Positions 55,321 to 64,000 of a DNA stretch of 64,000 bases are shown piece by piece. Below the pieces are notes generated by a model, which searched no databases, had not been told where the DNA came from, and saw only the letters and a list, made by a program, of their open reading frames with translations. The DNA lies in the IMG/VR virus record IMGVR_UViG_3300022698_000267, positions 124,001-188,000 of that record; one strand, written 5' to 3'. A program made the translations under genes and the position numbers. Each line of letters begins with the position of its first letter. Position 1 is the stretch's first letter.

Positions 55321-57681
55321 ATGGAAGAGCGATACGACGGAAATAACATAATTGTTTTAGAGGGTCTAGAAGCTGTCAAAAAGCGTCCAGCTATGTATAT
55401 TGGCAGTACAGACTATCGTGGTGTTCATCATCTGGTTTATGAGGTTCTAGATAATAGTATTGATGAAACTATGGTTGGTTATTGTGATCATATAAAAGTT
55501 CTAATTCACAAAGACAACAGTATTACTGTAATAGATAATGGTCGAGGAATTCCGGTAGATAAACATCCTACTGAAAATATGTCATCTTTAGAAGTTGTTA
55601 TGACAAAATTGCATGCAGGTGGAAAATTTGATCACAGAAGTTATAAAGTTTCTGGTGGACTTCATGGAGTTGGAATTTCTGTAGTTAATGCACTTTCTGA
55701 ACAATTAAAGGTTAGTGTTAGAAGGGATGGAAATTTATTTATACAGAATTATGAAAAAGGATTTCCTGTCACCGAATTAAAAAAAGGAAAAAAGACCAAT
55801 AAAAGAGGAACTACCATAAAATTTCGACCAGATGAAGACATTTTTGGTTCGTACAAAATAGATTTTAATATGCTATCCGAGAGGATGAAGGAACTAGCTT
55901 ATTTAAATGGTGGTTTACAGTTAGAACTTTTTGATGAACGTACTGGTGCAGAATCTTCTTTTAAATTCGATGGTGGAGTTAATAGTCTACTTAAAAAGTT
56001 GAATGAAGGCAAGAGAAATGTGCATCCAATCATTTATGATTCGGATTCAATGGATTCTGGTCTTTGGATAGAATTTTGTTTCCAATATACAGATGTTTCC
56101 AACACAAGAGTTCTATCTTTTTGCAATAACATTAAGACTCAAGAAGGTGGAACTCACCTCTCTGGTTTTAAAACTGCTTTAACAAGAACATTTAACTCTT
56201 TTATACAAGGTAGTGATTCCGTTGCAAAAAGATTGAAGCAATTTAGAATTAATGGAGAGGACATTCTAGCAGGTTTGTCTGCTATCATTAATGTCAAAGT
56301 GCCGGATCCACAATTTGAAGGACAAACCAAGACAAAGTTGGGAAATAATGATGTTTCTGGAGAGGTTAGATCTTTCGTTGGGGGTAAATTAACCACTTAT
56401 TTAAATGAGAACCCAAAACATGCAAAATCTATTGTAGAAAGATTAATTCAATCTACCAGAGAAAGAGAAGCAGCCAGAAAGGCTAAGGATATTATTAGAA
56501 AGAAATCAGGACTTTCACATCTTCTGATATCCAGTAAATTGGCTGATTGTCGTAGTAAAAATGTTAAAAAGCGAGAACTATTTATTGTTGAAGGTGATAG
56601 TGCTGGTGGTTCTGCTAAACAAGGTAGAAATCCAGAATTTCAGGCTATATTGCCATTAAGAGGTAAAGTTTTAAATATTGAAAAAGCAGATACACACAAG
56701 ATTATTAAAAACAAAGAGATTCAAAATTTAATTGCTAGTCTAGGTGTGGGTTTTGGTGATGACACTGATGTCAATAAACTTCGATATGACAAAGTCATTA
56801 TTATGACAGATGCTGATATTGATGGAGCTCATATTAGAACTTTGCTTCTAACTTTCTTTTTTAGGCAATTTGTTGAGATTATAGAGAATGGACATCTGTA
56901 TATATCACAACCACCTTTATATAGAGTCTATAAGAAAGGATTTGAAAAATTTCTTTCTGATGAGGCTGATTTAGAAGAATTTCTATTGGAGGATTCTATA
57001 GATTTTCTTGCTGTAACAAATGGAAAAAAGACTTATACAAAGAAAACTTTACAAAATTTCTTACTTCGAATTAGAGAACTTATGAGACTTTTTTCTAGAG
57101 CATCCGATTTTGGTATACCAAAAGAATTGTTTAAACTGATTCTACTATATGAAGACCTTTCAGTTAATTTAAATTCTAAATTTGAACCATTTAAGAAGTA
57201 TATGAAAAAGAATGGTTTTTTTCTAGAATTAAAATCGAATGTTATAGAAGATGAAGATCTACCTTACTTTCTATTACAATATGGAAGAAAGAAGGTTAAA
57301 ATTCCAATTGATTTCTTCAGATCCAATTTGTATAGGAATTCCTACAAGATTTTGAGTCGAATAAAACTTGATAGTCCGACATTACAATTTAAACTTCCTT
57401 CAATAGAAGAAGAATTAAGTTACGAAGAATTGTACGTCAAAAGTTTAAATCTTCTGCGTTCTAAGTATTCTATTCAACGTTATAAAGGTTTGGGGGAAAT
57501 GAATCCAGAACAGCTTTGGAAAACCACTATGAATGCAAGAACTAGAAATCTTCTACGAGTAACAATACCAGATGCAGAAGCAGCAGATAGATCTTTTAGT
57601 ATGTTAATGGGTGGTAATGTTGAAATCAGGAGGAATTTCATTGAGAGCTACTCCTCCAATTTTGAATTTCTAGATATTTAA
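55321..57681 (+). CDS. gyrB: DNA gyrase subunit B
   Basis: LEAVKKRPAMYIG, EVLDNSIDE, LHAGGKF, VEGDSAGGSAKQGR, MTDADIDG, RYKGLGEMN. Confidence 0.95.
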   Translation: MEERYDGNNIIVLEGLEAVKKRPAMYIGSTDYRGVHHLVYEVLDNSIDETMVGYCDHIKVLIHKDNSITVIDNGRGIPVDKHPTENMSSLEVVMTKLHAGGKFDHRSYKVSGGLHGVGISVVNALSEQLKVSVRRDGNLFIQNYEKGFPVTELKKGKKTNKRGTTIKFRPDEDIFGSYKIDFNMLSERMKELAYLNGGLQLELFDERTGAESSFKFDGGVNSLLKKLNEGKRNVHPIIYDSDSMDSGLWIEFCFQYTDVSNTRVLSFCNNIKTQEGGTHLSGFKTALTRTFNSFIQGSDSVAKRLKQFRINGEDILAGLSAIINVKVPDPQFEGQTKTKLGNNDVSGEVRSFVGGKLTTYLNENPKHAKSIVERLIQSTREREAARKAKDIIRKKSGLSHLLISSKLADCRSKNVKKRELFIVEGDSAGGSAKQGRNPEFQAILPLRGKVLNIEKADTHKIIKNKEIQNLIASLGVGFGDDTDVNKLRYDKVIIMTDADIDGAHIRTLLLTFFFRQFVEIIENGHLYISQPPLYRVYKKGFEKFLSDEADLEEFLLEDSIDFLAVTNGKKTYTKKTLQNFLLRIRELMRLFSRASDFGIPKELFKLILLYEDLSVNLNSKFEPFKKYMKKNGFFLELKSNVIEDEDLPYFLLQYGRKKVKIPIDFFRSNLYRNSYKILSRIKLDSPTLQFKLPSIEEELSYEELYVKSLNLLRSKYSIQRYKGLGEMNPEQLWKTTMNARTRNLLRVTIPDAEAADRSFSMLMGGNVEIRRNFIESYSSNFEFLDI

Positions 57682-57693
57682 AGGAGGTTGTAA

Positions 57694-58463
57694 ATGAATG
57701 CGCTACATGAAGTTAAGATTGCTTTTGCAGAAGAGATTAATAAGCTTCCGGAAGAGTTGAAAAAGCAAACATTAAAAGAACTTGACCTTTTTGAGGGTCT
57801 TTTCAATCGAGATATTTTTGGAATCACTGACAATTCTGCAGTAGGACTTATTAACAAGAAGGAGGCCTGGTTTATTTTTATGTTGGCAAAGATTTCTGCT
57901 AGGGTAAATTTCGTTGGGGATTGGTGTTCAAAGTTAGAAGAAAGTCTTGAGGAAAAATGAAGAAGTATCTTTTATATCATCCAGTTGCAGGAATATTTCT
58001 TGGAATGTTTGGCAATGTTTCTTTATGGTCTGATTTGGATCCAATGGGTATAAGTTCTGCTTTTGTTTTTTCTTCTATTAAAGACTTAAACCATTTTGCC
58101 ATAAGTCATATCCCACCAGAAAATTTAGAAGATCTGGTTTACTATGAAATAAAAACGGAAGAGGATTTTCAAGTTATTCCATATTGTGAAATCAAGAAAT
58201 ACTGTCCCACCTTACACCCTTGGAATCCAATGCACTCACCGATTCAAATTGTTCAATAAAAGGAGGTTAAAATGGCATTATTGGAAACTAATATTGTTCA
58301 TAATCCTAGATCTGGAATGTTATTTGAAAGGGATGATCTTAAATGTAGCAATTGTCAAACTCTTGCCGTTATTCTACTGCAATTGGATTCAAAACACCTT
58401 TTATGTAAAAGTTGTTTATCAAATTTCATTAAGAAAATTGATGAAGCAATTCTTCAGTATTAA
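57694..58463 (+). CDS. three small coupled hypothetical proteins (57694-57960, 57957-58259, 58272-58463)
   Basis: GGAGG RBSs and overlapping stops; the last has CxxC motifs. Confidence 0.6.
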
Positions 58464-58529
58464 AACATTAATCATATATTTGCTAGTGTGTTCAGTGAAT
58501 GATGTTTCTTAGAAGGAGGATTTTTATAC

Positions 58530-59030
58530 ATGTTAATTAGAAATTTGGAATATGAAATGATTTGCAGATTTACGCAGGCCAATGATTTCATGGATAGAGA
58601 AGTGGATATGCTTTCTAGTACGGCTGCTGTTACATCTGGAACAGCATTTACTACTGAACTTATCCACAATATTATCCTTGGTTTGGCCACTTTGTCTAAT
58701 CCTGGTTACGTAGCTAAGTTTATCGATACGGATGATACTGAATATACTTCTACATCTACCGTTGCAGATTTCTACGAAACCGAAACAGACTTGATTTCAG
58801 AGTCTGTTATTACAAACTCTATTACTGTTACATCTGATTTGTACCTCAAGACTGGTATGATTTTGTTTAATAGAGGTGGTGCTCAAGACCTGTTAACTGT
58901 TTTGACTTCAACTCAATTACGGAATTTGGACATTTCTGTTTTGGATGGCACTTCTAAAGGCATACCGATTTTAAGTGCTGGAGGAAATCTTACTATTCAG
59001 ACTAAGTTTCGTTTCATTGTTTCGAAATAG
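58530..59030 (+). CDS. hypothetical Thr/Ser-rich protein
   Basis: GGAGG RBS. Confidence 0.65.
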   Translation: MLIRNLEYEMICRFTQANDFMDREVDMLSSTAAVTSGTAFTTELIHNIILGLATLSNPGYVAKFIDTDDTEYTSTSTVADFYETETDLISESVITNSITVTSDLYLKTGMILFNRGGAQDLLTVLTSTQLRNLDISVLDGTSKGIPILSAGGNLTIQTKFRFIVSK

Positions 59031-59059
59031 TTTTCTTTCTCATATGTGGAGGTTTTCGT

Positions 59060-59956
59060 ATGTCGTTAGATCCTGGTATTCCAGATGAACTGTCTTCTGA
59101 ATCGATAAATTCTATTGCTAGAAAGTTAAAGCATTATTGGTCGAATATTTACACCATTAGCCCTGTTGAATTAGCTACATTCGTTAAAATAAAGAGTAAC
59201 TTCCTTCGTCAAGGTATTGTTCTAGAAGAATCAGTATTAAATTCTTCAGTTTCTAACATTACCTCATGGTTAGAACGAAAACTTCGTTCCACTAATTTCC
59301 TGTCTTCGAATAACATTGGAGATTTTCCAAGTAATGATAATTTGGATGGTTTGCTAAATGTTGATGTTGATTGTATAGAATCAGAAAGACAGGAAATTAG
59401 AAAGCAGTTGTTTAATGAAGACATTAAAGTTCGAATTCAACAATCTGTCAAGAGTTTTAGTATTCAATGTAATAAGAAGATGACAGTTTGGGATATTCGA
59501 ATTCCAGCCTCCTGGAATGTAAATGTTGAGCAATCTTTTCTGCTTAGTTTGTATGACAAAACCTTTCATAAAAAAGAGGAGAAACCAAAAGCTGATGTCA
59601 CAAAGTTAGAGCCAGATTCCGTTGATGAGGAGTTGAATGAAAAGGATTTAACAGATTCTATTTCGAAATTTACTGGATCTATAATTCAAAAGTATAATGA
59701 CTTTTCATTAATAAGGGCTGAGCTAGATTCTTTTCTGGCAGACAAGAAAAATTTAACTACTTTGGAGCTTGGTGAGGACATATTTGGTGATGATCTACCA
59801 TTATCATCAATAATAATTTTAAAAGTCTTTTCAGATAAAATCATTGCTGGAAAGATTGATAAAACTGATGTTTTTAGAAAAATAGGTGTTAGAAGAAAGC
59901 GCTTATTAAAAAGACTGGAGGATTTTCTTTCAGCAAAACGCTCTTCTAAGAAATAG
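59060..59956 (+). CDS. hypothetical protein
   Basis: GGAGG RBS, 298 aa. Confidence 0.7.
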   Translation: MSLDPGIPDELSSESINSIARKLKHYWSNIYTISPVELATFVKIKSNFLRQGIVLEESVLNSSVSNITSWLERKLRSTNFLSSNNIGDFPSNDNLDGLLNVDVDCIESERQEIRKQLFNEDIKVRIQQSVKSFSIQCNKKMTVWDIRIPASWNVNVEQSFLLSLYDKTFHKKEEKPKADVTKLEPDSVDEELNEKDLTDSISKFTGSIIQKYNDFSLIRAELDSFLADKKNLTTLELGEDIFGDDLPLSSIIILKVFSDKIIAGKIDKTDVFRKIGVRRKRLLKRLEDFLSAKRSSKK

Positions 59957-59964
59957 GAAGCAAT

Positions 59965-62900
59965 ATGTCTGGTTTCTTTGGATTTTTCAGGGGTGCAGCT
60001 TCATATGGCCTTGGTAGTGAATCCAGGTTAGAAGGGTTTATTCATGGTTTAAATGACTTTGTTGAGAGTGGTTCTAATCCACTACCATATGCTAATAGAA
60101 TTGTTACCCCAACAATTGATTTTGCATCTGGTCCTTCTGGATTCATTACTAAAATTTCGTTGGGAGATGCACGAAATTCACACCTTTTTCGTTCTGCTAA
60201 ACTTGCTGCAATGAATTCTAACATTCCGACTATGCCTATGCAAGATGCCAGACTTGGAGAATTCTCTATTGTTACAAATCCAGAAGCTTATGGGGGCAAT
60301 TTAGAAGCTGCATCTATTGGTCATGCTTTAAATTCCTATATATCTGTTATGGGAATGCAAGATCCAAATCTAGCCACGTTTCTTACTGAAGGTTCTCTTA
60401 GAAATAAAACGCAGTTTAATCCGATACAGAATTTTTTGGCTTCTGAATTTCGTTGGCAGGATAGTTCTCAGAGTATGCAAGATAGAAATTTATTCTACTC
60501 TAATCAATTTCTTGGAACGATGGATGTATACGGACATCCTAGTGGAGGTGAATTTCAAGGACAAAGAGCACATCCAGAGAGATGGGGTGATACTAATCTT
60601 CTACGGAGATTAAATCCTGGCATAAATGATCTAATAAATTCTATTTCAATTGATGATTCTGCTTCTGGTATTAAAGCTGGTTTTGAAAAACAAATGCTTC
60701 GTGTCAAACATTCGGCAGATAGTCAATACGAAAACATTCATGATTTTGCTACACCTAATACTATAATTTCAAGAAGTCAACTTTCAGGAACAGATTTTGA
60801 TAGACCTGTACAGACTGATGCCGATGTTGAAGGAAGACCAGATGTAACACCCACCGATATTATCAATAGAAGTGGTGAAGGAATTGCTTCTGTACTTGCA
60901 TCTACCACAGGAACGACACTCGATGTTTACAATTCAGAAACTGGTGAGCTTTTGCATACACAAAGTCCGTCAGGAACTACAAGACCATCGACAGAAGCTC
61001 CTACAGAAGGAAATGTTCCAAGTTCTGGTGAGGCAGCAAGTGGAAATATTTACGTTTTCGCTGATGGTTACATTCCAGATCCAGATTTTGCAGATGAAGA
61101 AGAATACATTAGGAATAGATATGGAGACGAAGCTGCAAATGCTTTTACTGAGGGTCGTTATGCCTCTTCTGTTGAAGATGCTGAAAGAATGTCTAGAGCT
61201 GGTGGACCAGAATCTTCAGAAGGTGTTCGACCTAGTGGAAATCCTGAAGTTAGACACACAGACACACATTCAATAGACAATACTCCTCCCAGTTTACAAG
61301 ATACACCTACTCAAAGAACAGGTCGTCCAGGTCCATTTTCTGAATCTGGTGGTTTCAATGTAAACTATGAGGATTTTGATAGTGCAGCAAGGGCTCAGTA
61401 TGATGAACGTAATGTTAACGTTGTTGATTCACCTTCTTCTATAGATACAAGTGCTATAAGAATCATATCAGAAGCAGAATATGATGCTCTTGAAAAGCGT
61501 TATCCTATTGGTGGAATTGGTCATCAGGAGGAAGGTTCACATTTAGTTAGCACACCAGATGCTGTGCATGCAGTAAATACCCTTCGTGACATTCAAAAGA
61601 GCTTTGGCTTGGCCAATGATTCTGACAGAAGATTTTATGAGAATATAGGGAAAAATGCTATAGGAGAAAGAAATTTTTCGGTACATTCTGGTGAGTTGGA
61701 CACAGTAACTAACAAAATTAAACGAAAGATGATGTTGGGTGGAGCTATAGTTGGAAGATCTGAAGAAGGTGGACATTTATGGTTAATGGATGAACCATTA
61801 AACAGTCTTTGGGAAGTGGGAAGTTCAATGAGTAATCGTCCACAAGATTTTCCACGTCCTAACTTTCGTACCATACAAGATACACCAATTCCAGAGATGG
61901 ACCCAAATCCTGATAACTGGCGTATACGAAATATGGACATTAGTATGCGGGATGCTATGGGAAAGGGATACATCATGCCGATTGGTGGGCGTGATGCCGT
62001 TTTTTTGCCTAGTTTTGCTAACCCAGATTTTAGTATGGGTGTAGAAATAGAATCATTTCTTACTAGACCAATTTCTGAAATCACTCGTGGAATTCAACAG
62101 AACTATGGTTATAATCTTAATCATATGGCTTTTAATGGAGAATTTAGTTCCCATAATGACCCATCCGTTTATGGTGGTGGTAAAGAATACATAACTCCGG
62201 TTATGTCTGGACTCAGAGCTTTTAAAGCAGGATATCTTCTTGGGGAACAGCTAAAGTCTCTTGGAGATGTTCCTCCAATACATAGAGGTCCAGATAGATT
62301 TGACACTTCAGGTTTACATGTAAATATAGGAACCATTCCAGCGTATAATAAAAAGAATGCTTTCAAATTTTCTACTGATATGTTGCGATTACAGGAAGAT
62401 GTAATAAAACGAATGTCAGAACCGGATGTCAGATACAATTACTATTCTAGACCAAGTACGGGAGGTCAGTATTCCCCTTATAATTCTACAATAAAACCTG
62501 AAAGACTTCCTCCAGATGCTCGTAGTTCTCCACATGAGGAACATGGAAGACAGTTTTGGTCTCAATCCATTTCTAAATTTAGGTCTGCTGGAAGAACGAA
62601 TGAATATGATTACTACAGAAATAATGGAAAACATTATTCAAATGTAGCTCTTGAGATGTCAATGTCAGATGTTGGCAAATTGGCAAAGTACAAAACGTTT
62701 GGTATGCATAAACTTCAATTAATGGGTTTAATGGAATACAGGTCTCCAATGTATGTTCCTGGTGGTGATCATGTTTTAGCATCTATGGCAATGGGAACTA
62801 AATTAGCTGCAGACATTTTTCAAGCATCACAAAATCATGGTGCATTTGCTAGAACAAATAAATTGATTCCTCCTATTGGTGGTTGGTTTAATGGTGATAA

Positions 62901-63045
62901 GAACGTGTTTAATAATATTGCTGAAAACTTCCTAAATATACGAAATCCAGTCAATCAGGAATTTATGTGGCAAATGCATCAAAAATGTGGACAGGTTACA
63001 ATGCCACCAGATGCAAATACTCTTAGAAGTCAAGGAATATATTAG
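59965..63045 (+). CDS. large protein with C-terminal putative amidoligase (COOH-NH2 ligase type 2-like) domain
   Basis: MGVEIE, KEYITPVMSG, TSGLHVNIG, LMEYRSP; low-complexity middle. Confidence 0.7.
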   Translation: MSGFFGFFRGAASYGLGSESRLEGFIHGLNDFVESGSNPLPYANRIVTPTIDFASGPSGFITKISLGDARNSHLFRSAKLAAMNSNIPTMPMQDARLGEFSIVTNPEAYGGNLEAASIGHALNSYISVMGMQDPNLATFLTEGSLRNKTQFNPIQNFLASEFRWQDSSQSMQDRNLFYSNQFLGTMDVYGHPSGGEFQGQRAHPERWGDTNLLRRLNPGINDLINSISIDDSASGIKAGFEKQMLRVKHSADSQYENIHDFATPNTIISRSQLSGTDFDRPVQTDADVEGRPDVTPTDIINRSGEGIASVLASTTGTTLDVYNSETGELLHTQSPSGTTRPSTEAPTEGNVPSSGEAASGNIYVFADGYIPDPDFADEEEYIRNRYGDEAANAFTEGRYASSVEDAERMSRAGGPESSEGVRPSGNPEVRHTDTHSIDNTPPSLQDTPTQRTGRPGPFSESGGFNVNYEDFDSAARAQYDERNVNVVDSPSSIDTSAIRIISEAEYDALEKRYPIGGIGHQEEGSHLVSTPDAVHAVNTLRDIQKSFGLANDSDRRFYENIGKNAIGERNFSVHSGELDTVTNKIKRKMMLGGAIVGRSEEGGHLWLMDEPLNSLWEVGSSMSNRPQDFPRPNFRTIQDTPIPEMDPNPDNWRIRNMDISMRDAMGKGYIMPIGGRDAVFLPSFANPDFSMGVEIESFLTRPISEITRGIQQNYGYNLNHMAFNGEFSSHNDPSVYGGGKEYITPVMSGLRAFKAGYLLGEQLKSLGDVPPIHRGPDRFDTSGLHVNIGTIPAYNKKNAFKFSTDMLRLQEDVIKRMSEPDVRYNYYSRPSTGGQYSPYNSTIKPERLPPDARSSPHEEHGRQFWSQSISKFRSAGRTNEYDYYRNNGKHYSNVALEMSMSDVGKLAKYKTFGMHKLQLMGLMEYRSPMYVPGGDHVLASMAMGTKLAADIFQASQNHGAFARTNKLIPPIGGWFNGDKNVFNNIAENFLNIRNPVNQEFMWQMHQKCGQVTMPPDANTLRSQGIY

Positions 63046-63051
63046 TTTACT

Positions 63052-64000
63052 ATGGATCTTCAGAGAATAGCTTCTTATACCAAAGATCTTTTAGACAAAC
63101 ATGGTGTTTACCTTAATGTTGACCCAGATGTTTTGGCATCTGTTTCACGTTCTGATCCGAGTGAAGTAAAAAAGATTTCGCAGAAGGAGACATTCGAAGC
63201 ACCTGGAGGCTTAGATTTTAAGATTCCTAGACAAGCTACATCTGTTCCATTTATAACTGGAATAAATGGAAATAATCTAAGTTTGATGACCTATCAACCT
63301 GGTTTTAAACAATATAGACCAGAATCTTGGGCATTTGGCCCTTCTACACATGGGGCTATGACACCAACCAGATTACATGACTTTAGATCTGAAGTAAATA
63401 GAATCAATAGAAGCCGGTTTCCAAATGGTTTGAATATTGATAGTATGAATTTAATTAATATTAGAAATGAACCATTTGACAGAGAGGGCTTGCAAAGGGT
63501 TCTTCAACATGGAGCAATAGTACCTTTAAGCTCTAATAGAGGAGCCTTCATTCCTAATTTTGGAATATCATCAAACTTTTTTTCCTATGAATATGAAGGT
63601 CGATTTAAAACTGATCTTGATCTTGGTTATGGACCATCTGAACAAGGAAAATTCGATTCTTTAGTGACCAATCCAATTGAAAAGAATTTTGGAGTTAATG
63701 TAAAAAATCTTCTCCCCTATGATTTTGGAAGCCAGAACTCTTACAAAGCATACAATGATGGTTCTATTTCTGAGAAACCTGGTAGAAAATCACAGGAGGT
63801 TGTAGTTGGATCTGCTCCAATGTCTAATCTACTAATGGCTTCTGATATGATGTTTGGTGCTTGGCAGAAGGAAGGAATGTTACATCCAGATGACATACCA
63901 ATGGATAGGTCTGCTGGAATGCACATTAGTACAACATTGCCTAATCTTGCTGGTAGTGGAGCTTATGAAGTACAAAAAGGCATGTCTAATTACTTAAACA
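63052..64000 (+). CDS. partial large ORF, in frame with the upstream gene across a TAG
   Basis: No stop to the window end; DRSAGMHIST resembles the amidoligase GLHV motif. Confidence 0.65.
   Translation, partial: MDLQRIASYTKDLLDKHGVYLNVDPDVLASVSRSDPSEVKKISQKETFEAPGGLDFKIPRQATSVPFITGINGNNLSLMTYQPGFKQYRPESWAFGPSTHGAMTPTRLHDFRSEVNRINRSRFPNGLNIDSMNLINIRNEPFDREGLQRVLQHGAIVPLSSNRGAFIPNFGISSNFFSYEYEGRFKTDLDLGYGPSEQGKFDSLVTNPIEKNFGVNVKNLLPYDFGSQNSYKAYNDGSISEKPGRKSQEVVVGSAPMSNLLMASDMMFGAWQKEGMLHPDDIPMDRSAGMHISTTLPNLAGSGAYEVQKGMSNYLN

Noticed and set aside
1-64000. Genome-wide TAG recoding (genetic code 15)
   Set aside because: Long genes (gyrA, gyrB, kinase) are intact in code 11. Many genes end in TAG followed by an RBS or an out-of-frame gene, and paralogs 13200 (TAG) and 31091 (TAA) stop at the same position.

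Overview
This window looks like a fragment of an AT-rich jumbo-phage genome. The hybrid sensor kinase and gyrase resemble those of anaerobic deltaproteobacteria (Desulfobacterota), but the host assignment is inference only. Bases 1-33 kb are all on the + strand: about 27 near-identical sigma70 promoter cassettes drive short hypothetical ORFs, interleaved with 20 tRNA genes (one with a group I intron, one an amber suppressor) and several uncharacterised structured RNAs. Bases 34-64 kb are mixed-strand and carry a PAS/HisKA/REC kinase, glycan-modifying enzymes, gyrA, gyrB, a 5'-3' exonuclease, HD proteins and large amidoligase-like proteins. Three observations stand out. (1) An amber-gated module at 3090-3944: a leader peptide MTAFYFP*IRDPPF, a peptidyl-tRNA-hydrolase-2-like gene split by an in-frame TAG, and a tRNA(CUA) directly behind it, although TAG is otherwise a normal stop here. 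(2) A stem-loop RNA at about 33520-33660 whose two unpaired segments are complementary to the leader motif and the RBS shared by the early cassettes. (3) Two CCA-ended tRNA-like RNAs with the anticodon arm replaced, plus three long-stem ncRNA candidates. All family calls are from motif recognition by eye; no database search or folding program was run.
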